Below are positions 50,391 to 64,000 of a stretch of 64,000 bases of DNA, piece after piece; position 1 is the first letter of the stretch, and every line of letters starts with the position of its first letter. The notes beneath the pieces were generated by a model, which was not told where the DNA came from, did no database searches, and saw only the letters and a list, made by a program, of their open reading frames with translations. The stretch spans positions 75,330,001 through 75,394,000 of the forward strand of contig NC_134470.1 in assembly GCF_964194025.1 (NCBI RefSeq). The letters run 5' to 3'. Position numbers and translations under genes: made by a program. The stretch is from Convolutriloba macropyga. Taxonomy: Eukaryota.

Positions 50391-50899
50391 GTCTACCAGT
50401 CAGATTCAGTTGTGTCCCATAAACGATCTGTCGAATCCTTGGGGACTGGCTGATGGTTAATTTAAAAAACAAGATACTCTAATGATAACGTATCGGCATG
50501 TCTAAAGAGTAGTGGCTTCACATCGGTGGCATTTCAATTTGTATATCAAACTAAAGAATGACTAAAATTTGATTTGAGATGGTTACGTGTTTTAAGTTTT
50601 CTAGTGGTTAAGAATTTGTATTATTATTTTCATTCAAGTAGTAGTTTTAAATTCATTCAAGAGTCTAACAGTTGTACTGCTAATGTTGCTCAATGCTGAA
50701 AAAGGAAGAGCTATTCTTTACTGTCCTTGTATACAAGTTCTGATTATCTTTTTTGCACATTTTTTTAAGCTAAGAAGTTTTCTGTGGTTTAACTGCCTAT
50801 TGAAGATGTCAAATTTCGGTTACTCATTCTTCCTTTCTGTTTTTTCAAACCAAACAATTTCTGTTTTTTTTTCTTGATTTAATCAGAAGCGTCAAGATT

Positions 50900-51850
50900 T
50901 TGTAATTCTAGAAACCGATGTAAGGTAACTTCAAAAAAGCTTTTTGCCGTTAACTCTCGACCAATTTCCCTAATTGAGTCGAAACTAGGATATGAGCAAC
51001 GAGTTTCTGAGAATGGTTTGTGGGGACAAAATTTGAAGCTGACAATTTGTGGGGAAATTTAATTTAGAAACCAGACCTAACATTTCCTCTAACGAAAATA
51101 TTTACGATACCCAGTGAATTTATTAGGAATCTTTCAACGCAATTTTCGCTGATACAAGATACACATTATGCTTTGTTCCTGTGAACGGCTGTATTCATCT
51201 CGAACCATCATTGAGACATCAGATCCAACAGTGAAGGAAAAAATTCAAAATGTTGGGCTCTGATTTAACGATCAGATAAAATCGAAGTATCTGAAAAAAT
51301 TAATAAACTAACGTTCCAGTTTGGATGCTTCTGAAATTGGTCTGCAAGTTTTGTACTCTAATGACAAGTCACTTTATGTTAGAAGATCAACACTTAAACT
51401 CTCTCAAACTAGCTGTCGCAAATACTTATCTGAAAAACAAATTTAACTGTCACTGTCAACAAAAAGGAATGGCAATGGGGACATCCCTAGCCAAGTATTT
51501 TACCTAACCAATCAAAAAAATCTTTTGAAGAGACATTAAGGTAAAAAAATAAAGAGAGCGTACGCAATATAAGAGATTCGCTGTACAAATGTCTGCACTT
51601 CATTGTTTAAGAAAGCAGAGCAGAAGATAAATGAATGTTCTTAGTGGTATCATTTTTGAATACCCAAAAGACAAAGAACAGCATATCAGAAAACTGCAGA
51701 AAAATTAAGCGATAAACGTGAGTTTTTTCAGATCAAGCAAGTTAATATTTTAATTACTGTTCACAATGACCTGAATAAATTGCTCGGCTAGCCTCGAAAA
51801 AAAATTAAACTTGCCATCGTATGAAAAATTGCGAACTGTCAATTGTTATA
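50900..51850 (+). mobile_element. Highly decayed Penelope-like reverse transcriptase remnant
   Basis: LKLAVANTYL..CQQKGMAMGTSLA (51400-51490) resembles the PLE RT motif LAVTNVHF..Q.DGLAMG.SLA. Boundaries are approximate. Confidence 0.55.
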
Positions 51851-54800
51851 GTACACATAGTTAAAAAGTTATTATGCGAATAATGCACTAAATTCAACAA
51901 CCAAGGGAACCATTCTCAATTACCAAAACTTTAAAATGGAATAAAGTTAAACTAAAAAATCACAAAAACCAGTTTAAAATGCAATCAATCTATATTAAAA
52001 AATTAAAAATTAAAACCATAGAAAAACTGAAGACGCCGAAAAAACGATAGCAAATGCAAAAAAGTTCTCGGAAATTCCCAGAACAATTTCAAGCACCAAC
52101 ATTGAACCCGACTTCGAAATCAGGATTTGAACTTTAACACTTTAGTCAGAAAGTGCTATCTGAACTTTTTTTGTGAACACAAGTTTCTGAAAATGCGTAA
52201 GAAGATGATAGCTGAAAAAATGTATGATCACCAATGAAATTGTTGAAGTTGAGCACGGGAAATGTTGAAAAAGTTCAAAGTATGTGCTGAAATTGCGTTG
52301 TGTTAGATAGGCGTTGACATTTGGTAAAGAAAACGATGAGAATGTGTAAGATAAGTGTAGAATGGAAGTATTGTTAAATAAGAAATACACTGAGAAGTGC
52401 TAAAAAAATGTTTTTCTGTGGATAATTCTTACATAACTATCTGTTTAATGTGTTGACAAGAGTTGCAATTATGTATGAGCTGTGATGAAAACTTAGCAGA
52501 TTGAGCGAATAATTATGAAAAATTTACGCGCCGAAGGAGCATCTGTCAGCGCATTTCACGTTGAGAGACATCTTTGAAGTCACCAGAAAAAGCATCCAAA
52601 AATGACTTTTTGGTACGTTTCAAGCTTTTTCGATTAATTTTTCGGATCAATTATGTTATGCTTTGCCCCCCTCCCCCAGTTTATTGGGCTCCAGGCGCAA
52701 GTGCTATTTTGTTACTTAGTAACTTGCTGTATAAGAACATATAATTTGTAGCTGAGGGGCGTAAAAAGTGGGGGGGGGGGGGAGGGTAGCGGCACAGAAA
52801 AGATTTCATTTTTCTTTTGTAATATTCGCCTAAGTTGAAATGTTAGTGAAATAATTATGTAAACAGAAATTATTTTTAAAAGTTATAAATACAGATACTT
52901 CGAGCCAATGTGACAGCAAACAATCTATTTATATGGGGTCCTCTTAGCTTGTTTTCGGTCTCTTATTTCAATTCAGTGCATTTTCAGCCATTAAAGCGCT
53001 ACAATGGTTCAACTCTGCCTTGATTTTTTTTCGTTTTTGTCTGCAAAAAGACACTTTCCAAGCCTGCATTTTTCTCGATTTTCGATATTTCCTACTAAAA
53101 TGATCCAATATCTGAACGCCAGAGTTTTCAATGTCAGTTTTTATTTTTGAGTAGTTTGCAGTTAAACAGTAACATGTCTTAAAAACCCGAACTATATTTT
53201 GCATACATTTTGAGATTCCTTATCCAGAAATAAGTGAAAGTAAATGAAATAAATCGAAAAAAAGATATTAATATAGCCCTCAACAATGCAACGTTGAACT
53301 ATTTAATTACGATAAATCTGAAATCAAAGCCAATATTTAATTTGAAATCCGTTTTGACTAAACTTAAAACTTTTTCTGCAATGTGGCGGTTTCCCTTAAA
53401 GTCTTTTTTGAATAGTTTTTCAACAAGTTTCTCAAAATACAACAATCCAGAGGGCAAATGTTTTTATCGATATTTTGTTTCAAACATACACTCACAGACA
53501 AAAAAATTTTCACACAATGAAAAAATATCCCCCAAAACGTTTTATCTGCCTTTAATGCCGCAACAAATGACTGCATCACTTCTCAAATTTTTCTTAGCAT
53601 GCCAACGCAATTCTTTATCGGCGATATGATGTAACTTTTTTCAACAAAAATTGTTTCATTATTTCTCTTTTTCAGAGCTAGAAGGACCAAATGGTTTGAC
53701 GTCATATCATAACAAAATTAAACCAACAGTTATTTGCAATTATTTCGCCTCTTTAATAAATTCACTCGTTAATATCGTTTTAACTCTTTTCAAAAAATTT
53801 TCTTTTTTTTTAAATTTCATTCGTTTCAATTAAAAATTCCGAAAGTTTGAATAAAAAATGTTTTTAATCAAGCGATGAAGCAGTAGACTAGTTGGATGGA
53901 AGCAAAATGATGTTAGCAGAAATCTCACATTTTTCCGCAGTCGCGCAATTTCCTACCAAAAATGTTTTTGTTTGTTTTTCTACACAAAGATACTGAAGAC
54001 CAATTTTAATTGTTTTTCAGAAATACAGTAACAGAAGAGAGAAAATAATAAAGTTTTTTATCATATTGGTCGAGAAAGAATAATCAATGAAACGAAAACT
54101 AATTGAAGCTCTTTGGATGCTAAAACTTTTACAATGATTTATAAATTGAGAAAAAAAATTAAAAAATTATGTCAACTTTAAGATAAAAAATTCAGTGAGA
54201 AAATTTCATGTTTTATCTGATTTTTTTAAATAAAAATGTATGTGCACTGAATACATTACTAGCAAAAATTCTGACGTAAAATTGCATGAGCGTGTTTCAT
54301 ATTTGCTGTTACTTTTTCTCCAACGAGAATAGCAAATTTTTTAGCTTGAATGGCTTGTGAGCGTTGTTCAACTCAATGTTCAACAATTATTTATCACCAA
54401 TATCGGGGTGAAAATTGCACCAATTTCTGAAATATTTTCTGAAAATATCTTTGTTAAAAATACTTCTCCGGAAACATAGTTAACAGACGAACAAATAGGT
54501 AACAGAGAAGCTAGTGTTTTGGTCCTTTAAGTACTTTTGGTAAAAATGTATCAAATTACAAAACAAGTTACGGTAGGCCAGCAAACTGTTTTTTTTTGGG
54601 TATATCCAGAGATGCTCTAAAGTTTAAGGAGATCTAATAGTCATTAGCAGCACAGGTTTTGACATTTCCTGGAATTGGACTAACTTGAAGCTCATTTTTC
54701 TCTGTTTCTTATAACTGTCTAGGATTTCAATTTTAACAGCTGGAGTTTTCTTCAACCTGCTTTTCATTTTCTAGTCTTTGCTTGTAACTTTAGAGTAAAT

Positions 54801-55189
54801 TTTATTTTAGTTTGAAAGTTGTAGATTTTACGGTTCTCCTCTAAATATTTGTGATTTTTTTTATTAAGTGATTTGTTGTATAAAATTTACAAATGACGAT
54901 TTTGCAAATTTTTTCTCCGCTTTTTGAATAACATTACTTGTTTTCTTTGTTTCAAATAGTGAGGGAACACTCGTGGTATTTTATAATTCGACACTACGAA
55001 ACTTTGTACCTTCAATGTTGGAAAAATTTAGTAATTTTAGTTACAGGTTTACTTTTAAGTTTTAGATTTCATCATTGCTTGTAATCTATGTGTAGAGAAC
55101 ACGTTTATACTAACGTAAATTCAAGGATGTAAAGTCATGTTCAGTCCATTTTTTCTGCGAGTTAATGCTTCAGAGGTTTAATTAGGACA

Positions 55190-57520
55190 AAGTTAAGTTC
55201 CCAATTCTGGCGGGAAGAGTTTCAACTTTTATAGTAATAGCTTCGGTCATCTTCAATTGATGTATCATCAACAGGCTCCGGGTAGAGGAAACTCATAAAT
55301 TAAACCAAAGTAGGGGCGAATGACGTAACCAAGAGAACAGAGGGTAGCTCGCATACCATGGATTTCAGTTCCAGGAAACAGTGAGCAAAAACGGCTAATC
55401 AGGCAAAACACTTGCGAGACTGGTAACGTGCCAACGTAGGTACTCTAATCCAATTTAGTTTGACAATTAGAAGAGATCCGTCTTCTCCAGGCGATGTTGC
55501 TCCACATTTCATCCCAAAGTCCGTAGCCCACGCAGTGTGAGGTCTATGAAGATGCACACCAGGTCGTTTACTTATAAAGAATCACTCCGTTCCGATCAAT
55601 TGCTACGCTTGGATAATGTGGGAAAGTACTCTTTAACTTAAATAAAGTGGTTCATAAGTTGTTCTACGTTTTGCCGAGGTTTGAAGGATGATTACGTCCT
55701 TTTCTTAGCAAATGAATAGCTTAATGCAAAACATATGCCTGTGAAACTGGGATTAATTGGCTGTGTGCGTGACCGATGTCGTCTGCAGTGTAACTGCTTT
55801 TTGTTATATGGATCTTTTAAAATTCTGAAGAGAAGGTTGTAAACTGTTGCGAGTGTCAACAACTGTTTTGTCCTAGATCGAAACACCTTTTGTTCAATGA
55901 CTAATTCATTTGAATTGATGTACGCATTGTTGTTGTTTGAACTGGAAGTACTTTGTTGTGAGCGGAGTAATAATCAGAGAAATGTTTTTCTAAAAGAAAT
56001 CAGGCGCCTCTAAATATTTAAAACATACATCTTCTGGTTCTAGGCCAAGTTAATCATAGTCCGCAAAACTCCGGTTTATTAGTAGATAATGCCACTGACT
56101 GGATATTGAAGATGTGCGTATTTCTGTGAGCCGGTTGGTAAAAAAGTTTCATTCTCTTCTTAGAATCAATCCAATCAAGAACAACTTGAATGTATGTCTA
56201 GAAAAATGTCACTTGAAAGGTGTCATTTGACGTTTTGTAGCGCTCGACGCTTTTGAATGAATTACTTTGCATTTACTGATTATGATGTTGGTTTCTGTTT
56301 TTTTGGCATTATTGTCATGACTTCGAGGATAAATTATTGCTACCATAGCATATGTGGAATCAGCAACAAAAGTTTGCAATTGATGTTGAATTTCATGTGA
56401 ACTTACGAGAAAATTGAGTGCTCGCTAATTTTCAACTAGAGATGACAGCAAATAACTATTTAGTAATTTTTGCAGTGGTTTAGGTATTTTCTCTAGCAAC
56501 GGTGTGTCGCAATTTAAAACCTGTGGCTAAATTTTCTGCACTGCAGCCTTATAGCCAGTAGTCACTGGTGACGGAATCCCAATTCGGTCAAAAATTGAAG
56601 CAACAAGACTGAAAAATTTTCTTCGGGTATGAATGCCTGCATTCTTTGGGAATTCTTTCAACGCCTTTATGGAAAACTTGTCATCAACGAAATTATGTTT
56701 AAGTGCTAATACAAGAGTGATATCCTTTGATTTCATTATGTCTTCACATGGACTTCGATCCAACGCTTCGGGACGTTTTAATAAGATCATGATCAATTTG
56801 ACGCCTCCTCGTTGGAGTCTTTCTTTGACTTGCCTTACAGTGTCTTTCACTTCAGCAATAATGGCTGACGAAAGAACGTAGTCGTTCATATAAATCTGTT
56901 TGGCTATTGCTTGCAAAGCTTTTGGAAAGCTTTCTGCCTTGTCTTTGGCACATTGAATTAGGATAATAACGGCCATTTTGTACAAGAAAGGTGCCCAAAA
57001 AACAAACTAGTAAACTGATATGCCTTATAGGGGTGTTTTTGAACACAGAAACGAAATGCTGATTGGTTTTCTTGTTTAACAGCGACTTGCGTGAACATAC
57101 TTTCAATATCTGCAATTATTGCAACTGATTGTTCACAAAAACTTGACGAGATGCCAAATAAGCTGTTCAAGAGATCTGGTCCCGTTAATTGCTTGCTCGT
57201 AAATGACTGTCCTCAATACTTCGAAGCGACATTCACCACCTGTCGAGTTTTTTCTATTTTAATTGAATTTTCAACCGGATGATGTGGCAGGTACCATATT
57301 TTTAGGTTCAGGTGTTATTTCGTCTGGTTTTATGTAGCTTTTGCGTAAGTCTCTTGAAAGCGTTTGATCGTATTTTTCTATCAGCGTGGGATCATTACAA
57401 GTCTTTTTCTAAGCTCTGGATCTAATTTGGAGCGCATTAATATTTATTCTGTAAGAGGCACGCTGTTCACGGGAGCTTTTTTCCAATGAATCAGCAAACG
57501 CAGCAAAAGTTTTCTGTTCT
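55190..57520 (-). mobile_element. Decayed BEL/Pao LTR retrotransposon pol remnant
   Basis: WYLPHHPV (57272-57296), TGPDLLNSLFGI, ADIESMF, YQFTSLFFG, YMNDY (YxDD equivalent) and SLVASIFDRIG (Pao S.FDPLG). Frameshifted. Confidence 0.85.
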
Positions 57521-58249
57521 GCTTTCTCAATTTATTGCTAATACTTTAAATTAGCATCGAGCTCTTCTTTTATTCAAATTGTAGCCACTCATCTAAAAAA
57601 ACATGGGCACGGTTCTTACGGATTCTGAAAATTGAAAACTTTTCTTTGAAAATTTTTATGCAGCTGTTTCTTTAACACACGTGTTCTTTTCGAACAACAT
57701 AAAGCAGCATTCAATTTCAATTTTTTGAGTTACTTAGTTTTAATTGCTATCAACTCTAACTTTTATTGAACAATTTCAAAAAATCACTAATTAATTTTTA
57801 TAAAATTATGAAATACTGCCAAAAACTACAGCAAATATTGGTTGCTTTTTTGCTCAAGTTATGCAAAGAAGAATTTTGATTCAAAAGTTTTTTCAAAGGG
57901 GGTATGAGTCTTCATTGGTGACGTCTGAGACCTGGGGAAATCTTCTGCGATAAAGTCTGAAATCGAAAACAAATGTCATTGCCTTCTCAAGGTCACTACT
58001 GAAACCTAAAATTTCCGAAAAAAACAGAGTTTTGATTTTGATATGTTTTCGATATAGTAAAAAAAATGCCGCCAAAGAATAGCAATTGTCATAGAGTCCC
58101 GATTGTCATAGAACACCCATTGCCACAAAACACTACCAACAAACAATTCCGCCAACAAATTATTGTCTCAGATTTCCAGTAAATGTATAAATTATAATTG
58201 CACCATCGGTAATATTTTTCGATCGGTAAAAAATTTTTATTGGATAGAA

Positions 58250-61200
58250 GAAACGGGAAAAAGTGGAAACTTCTAAATAGAAAAAATGCAAACAAAATTC
58301 CGCTGAAACTCATCAAAAAAGCTATGTAATCTATAAGTAGAGAACAAGTTTCTGGTTATGTAAAATTTGTGATATATAGTCATGCTCAGTCTCTTTTATA
58401 GGCGAGTATCTGCTTTACACATTTTAATTGGACAAAGTACATTTTTAATTTTTTGAAGGCAACAGTTTCAAATATTGTCATCGGCCAACTTGAATTGATG
58501 TATGATCAACATTGATGAAACGGGAAAAAGTGGAAACTTCTAAATAGAAAAAATGCAAACAAAATTCCGCTGAAACTCATCAAAAAAGCTATGTAATCTA
58601 TAAGTAGAGAACAAGTTTCTGGTTATGTAAAATTTGTGATATATAGTCATGCTCAGTCTCTTTTATAGGCGAGTTTCTGCTTTACACATTTTATTTGGAC
58701 AAAGTACATTTTTAATTTTTTTGAAGGCAACAGTTTCAAATATTGTCATCGGCCAACTTGAATTGATGTATGATCAACATTGCTTGAAAAATTCTCTGGC
58801 CGAAACTCTGTTTGGACTTTCCGGATACACAGATTTTACTTTAATCGATCTATTCTGGTCAATGTGTAGACGCTTGTATTTTCTTTACATTTAGAAAGTT
58901 CTACTGAAAATTATATGAAAACTTTTAAGTATTTTGCTAACGTTCTCTTAGCCTTTTGATGCTACTGATATCAGAATTTTTTGGCAGTTCTCTCGAATTA
59001 AAAATACGAAGCCGCAGTAACGATATTTGATGGTTTTTTTGTTTGTATTTGTTGCGCTCAATACAATAAATTGAAACATTTGGGTAATATTTCCTTCTTC
59101 TTGTCTTCATATCAATGTTTGGTTAAGGCTTCTGATCAATTACTTTTAGCCAAAACTCCCATGATTACTTTAAATTAGGTTTAGGTCGCATTTTAAAAAG
59201 AAACTAAACGAATAAAATCAGAGAAAATAAAACGTTAACTCTATAACCTGACAGCTTATCCTTCTCTCAAGTGCCCGCAAAACAGTCTTTTATTACCCCC
59301 ACAATGAAGATATACTGTACGAGATATCCGTTATAGAACATCATCTTGAAAAAGATAATGGATATGATCAGTGGGACCCAACTTGATGTCCAACAAATCA
59401 AACCTACTCGCAACTTACGCCCTAACTGTCTAACTTGAAAGAGAATTTACGCTATTTAGACAACCGGAAAGAGGCGACTGTGCAAGTCGCGAGTTCAGCA
59501 AGACTAGCTGCAACAGATAAAAATCTTAGCAAACTCCCAGATCTCAATGACATGATCAGTAAGCGCATTCCAATCCTTAGATTCATTCTTGGAAAATTCT
59601 GGTGAGATGTTTGGAATGACAATCATCCGTTATCGATGCCTGCATTTCACAAGGACAACCGTTAGAAAACTGGCGAAACGGTTTTGCAATAATCTCTTTG
59701 TTGGAATAAGAATCGGAAGCAGCAACAAGAGAAACAGTTGTTAAGTAGTGATGAGCGATGAAATTCAGGTGATTATGCTGCACTGTGGTAAGAAGTCGCG
59801 TCCATGAAACAATAAGGGAAAACAAACGACAAGTCTGTCAACAAGTTAGCAAGCAGCGCGATATCTTTTTGCTTGCAAGGGCATTTTCGGACGCCAGCGA
59901 AATTTTTGCCTCTGACGGCGTAGCACCTGAAAACGCTGCAACGTTGAATGAAGGTAAAAACCTGAACACTTTTGCCAAAAATTCTGATTATCAAAGTGAT
60001 GAAATTGATCAGGATGGTGAAGCGCATGCGTAACGACCTGGCGACGCATCAATATTCTCCCAAATCAAGTGGTTTGCCAAATTCAATGCAACTGGGCCGT
60101 CAAAAATGTTTCCCGAGCATCTGCTGCATGCAGTAAACTGAGAAGCACCTGCTAAATTAGTCAGAGTATAACAAAATTCGTTATCTTAGCCAGCAGAGAA
60201 CAGATTGGATAGAGCAAACGGGAAAAAGCGGAAAATTCTAAATAGAAAAATTGCAAACAAAATGCCGCAGAAACTCATTAAAAAAGCTATGTAATCTATA
60301 AGTAGAGAACAAGTTTCTGGTTATTTAAATTTCGTGATATATAGTCATGCTCAGTCTCTTTTATCGGCGAGTTTCTGCTTTACACATTTTAATTGGACAA
60401 AGTATATTTTTGATTTTTTTGAAGGCTACATTTTCAAATATTGTCTTCGGCCATCTTGAATTGATGTAAGATCAATATTGCTTGAATAATTTTTTGACCG
60501 AAACTGTGTTTGAACTTTCGGGATACACAGATTTTATTTTAATCGATCTATTCTGGTCATTGTAAAGACGCTTGTATTTTTTTACATTTAGAAAGTTCTA
60601 TTGAAAATTGTATAAAGCTTTTAAGTATTTTGCTAACGTTTTCTTAGCATTTTGTTGCTACTGATATCATAATTTACTGGCAGTTCTCCTGAATTAAAAA
60701 TACGAAGCCGCAGTAACGATATTTGATGGTTTGTTTGTTTGTATTTGTAGCGCTCAATACCTTAAATTGAAACAGTTAGGTAATATTTCATTATTCTTGT
60801 CTTCATATCAATGTTTGGTTAAGGCTTCTGATCAATTATTTTAGCCAAAACTCCCATGATTACTTTAAATTAAGTTTAGGTCGCATTTTAAAAAGAAACT
60901 AAACGAATAAAATCAGAGAAAATAAAACGTTAGCTCTATAACCTGACAGCTTTTCCTTCTCTCAAGTGCCCGCAAAACAGTCTTTTATTACCCCCACAAT
61001 GAAGATATACTGTACGAGATATCCGTTATAGAACGTCATCTTGAAAAAGATAATGGATATGATCAGTGGGACCCAACTTGATGTCCAACAAATCAAACCT
61101 ACTCGCAACCTACGCCCTAACTGTCTAACTTGAAAGGGAATTTACGCTATTTAGACAACCGGAAAGAGGCGACTGTGCAAGTCGCGAGTTCAGCAAGACT

Positions 61201-64000
61201 AGCTGCAACAGATAAAAATCTTAGCAAACTCCCAGATCTCAATGACATGATCAGTAAGCGCATTCCAATCCTTAGATTCATTCTTGGAAAATTCCGGTGA
61301 GATGTTTGGAATAACAATCATCCGTTATCGATGCCTGCATTTCACAAGGACAACCGTTAGAAAACTGGCGAAACGGTTTTGCAATAATCTCTTTGTTGGA
61401 ATAAGAATCGGAAGCAGCAACAAGAGAAACAGTTGTTAAGTAGTTATGAGCGATGAAATTCAGGTGATTATGCTGCACTGTGGTAAGAAGTCGCGTCCAT
61501 GAAACAATAAGGGAAAACAAACGACAAGTCTGTCAACAAGTTAGCAAGCAGCGCGATATCTTTTTGCTTGCAAGGGCATTTTCGGACGCCAGCGAAATTT
61601 TTGCCTCTGACGGCGTAGCACCTGAAAACGCTGCAACGTTGAATGAAGGTAAAAACCTGAACACTTCTGCCAAAAATTCTGATTATCAAAGTGATGAAAT
61701 TGATCAAGATGGTGAAGCGCATGCGTAACGACCTGGCGACGCATCAATATTCTCCCAAATCAAGTGGTTTGCCAAATTCAATGCAACTGGGCCGTCAAAA
61801 ATGTTTCCCGAGCATCTGCTGCATGCAGTAAACTGAGAAGCACCTGCTAAATTAGTCAGAGTATAACAAAATTCGTTATCTTAGCCAGCAGAGAACAGAT
61901 TGGATAGAGCAAACGGGAAAAAGCGGAAAATTCTAAATAGAAAAATTGCAAACAAAATGCCGCAGAAACTCATTAAAAAAGCTATGTAATCTATAAGTAG
62001 AGAACAAGTTTCTGGTTATTTAAATTTTGTGATATATAGTCATGCTCAGTCTCTTTTATCGGCGAGTTTCTGCTTTACACATTTTAATTGGACAAAGTAT
62101 ATTTTTGATTTTTTTGAAGGCTACATTTTCAAATATTGTCTTCGGCCATCTTGAATTGATGTATGATCAACATTGCTTGAATAATTATTTGACCGAAATT
62201 GTGTTTGAACTTTCGGGATACACAGATTTTATTTTAATCGATCTATTCTGGTCATTGTAAAGACGCTTGTATTTTTTTACTTTTAGAAAGTTCTATTGAA
62301 AATTGTATAAAACTTTTAAGTATTTTGCTAACGTTCTCTTAGCCTTTTGTTGCTACTGATTTCAGAATTTTTTGGCAGTTCTCTTGAATTAAAAATACGA
62401 AGCCGCAGTAACGATATTTGATGGTTTGTTTGTTTGTATTTGTAGCGCTCAATACCTTAAATTGAAACAGTTAGGTAATATTTCCTTATTCTTGTCTTCA
62501 TATCAATGTTTGGTTAAGGCTTCTGATCAATTATTTTAGCCAAAACTCCCATGATTACTTTAAATTAGGTTTAGGTCGCATTTTAAAAAGAAACTAAACG
62601 AATAAAATCAGAGAAAATAAAACGTAAGCTCTATAACCTGACAGCTTATCCTTCTCTCAAGTGCCCGCAAAACAGTCTTTTATTACCCCCACAATGAAGA
62701 TATACTGTACGAGATATCCGTTATAGAACGTCATCTTGAAAAAGATAATGGATATGATCAGTGGGACCCAACTTGATGTCCAACAAATCAAACCTACTCG
62801 CAACTTACGCCCTAACTGTCTAACTTGAAAGAGAATTTACGCTATTTAGACAACCGGAAAGAGGCGACTGTGCAAGTCGCTAGTTCAGCAAGACTAGCTG
62901 CAACAGATAAAAATCTTAGCAAACTCCCAGATCTCAATGACATGATCAGTAAGCGCATTCCAATCCTTAGATTCATTCTTGGAAAATTCCGGTGAGATGT
63001 TTGGAATAACAATCATCCGTTATCGATGCTTGCATTTCACAAGGACAACCGTTAGAAAACTGACGAAACTGTTTTGGGATCATCTATTTGTTGGTATAAG
63101 AAGCGGAAGCAGCAACAAGAGAAACAGTTGTTAATTAGTTATGAGCGATGAAATTCAGGTGATAATGCTGCATTGTGGTAAGAAGTCGCGTCCATGAAAC
63201 AGTAAAGGAAAACAAACGACACGTCAATCGACAAGTTAGCAAGCAGCGCGATATTTCTTTGCTTGCAAGGCAGTTTTGGACGCCAGCGAAATTCTTGCCT
63301 CTGACGGCGTAGCACCTGAAAACGCTGCAACGTTGAATGAACGTAAAAACTTGAATACTTTTGCAAAAAAATCCTGATTATCAAGTTGATGATATTGATC
63401 AAGATGGTGAAGCGCATGCGTAACGACCTGAGGACGCATCAATATTCTCCCAAATCAAGTTGTTTGCCAAATTCAATGCAACTGGGCCGTCAAAAATGTT
63501 TCCCGAGCATCTGCTGCATGCAGTAAACTGAAAAGCACCTGCTAAATTAGTCACAGTATAACAAAATTTGTTAAGTTAGCCAGCAGAGAACAGATTGGAT
63601 AGAGCAAACGGGAAAAAGTGGAAACTTATCAATAGAAAAATTTCATACAAAATGCCGCAGAAACTCATCAAAGAAACTATGTAATCTATAAGTAGAGAAC
63701 AAGTTTCTGGTTATGTAAATTTTGTGATATATAGTCATGCTCAGTCTCTTTTATCGGCGACTTTCTGCTTAACACATTTTAATTCGACAAAGTATATTTT
63801 TCATTGTTTTGAAGGCAACAGTTTCAAATATTATCTTCGGCAATCTTGAATTGATGTATGATCAACATTGCTTGAAAAATTCTTTGACCTAAACTCTGTT
63901 TGGACTTTTGGGATACACAGATTTTCTATTAATTGATCTATTCTGGTCATTTTATAGACGCTTGTATTTTCTTTACATTTGGAAAGTTCTATTGAAAATG
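58250..64000. repeat. Tandem array with a ~1695-bp unit (3+ units, runs off the window), preceded by a 267-bp partial unit
   Basis: AAACGGGAAAAAG(T/C)GGAAA occurs at ~58251, 58518, 60216, 61911 and 63606. ORFs 59583/61278 are offset by 1695. Confidence 0.96.
59520..60210 (+). mobile_element. CRE-like non-LTR retrotransposon fragment (region just upstream of the RT core); repeated at ~61215-61905 and ~62910-63600
   Basis: Frameshifted LPDLNDMISKRIPILRFI..NSGDYAALW..ASEIFASDGVAPENAATLNE..FAKFNATGPSKMFPEHLLHAVN..ITKFV resembles the pre-RT/domain 0 region of CRE-clade elements (recalled, not searched). Confidence 0.55.

Noticed and set aside
53234-54120. 131-aa ORF and nearby exon-like pieces as a host gene
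   Set aside because: AT-rich biased translation, GTG start, no recognisable motif, and no consistent exon chain.

Overview
AT-rich, repeat-saturated eukaryotic (probably invertebrate animal) DNA. It has GT-AG introns and no intact host gene, and most ORFs in the supplied track are shadows or repeat translations. (1) 0.2-16.7 kb is a composite tandem array with 1.5, 2.4 and 3.2 kb unit variants. Units are built from two Penelope-like (GIY-YIG) 3' ends, a minimal hammerhead-ribozyme motif, a scrap of a Ty3/gypsy element and the intron-containing 5' end of cohesin SMC1, all on the minus strand. (2) 16.7-27.7 kb holds two segmentally duplicated copies of a decayed Ty3/gypsy element (gag, protease, RT start, internal deletion). 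This element carries a TARG1/OARD1-type macrodomain (3 copies) and possibly an env-like ORF. (3) 27.7-43.6 kb is a ~16 kb palindrome with CAC...GTG ends, near-identical outer ~1 kb, diverged inner arms carrying an unidentified decayed multi-exon gene, and a 2.68 kb duplication across its centre. (4) 43.7-58.2 kb contains MITE-like elements, a candidate LTR with PBS, a Penelope RT remnant and a BEL/Pao remnant. (5) 58.2-64 kb is a second tandem array with a 1695 bp unit containing a CRE-like non-LTR fragment. All protein and RNA calls come from manual translation and motif recognition, not database searches. Identities are estimated by eye.
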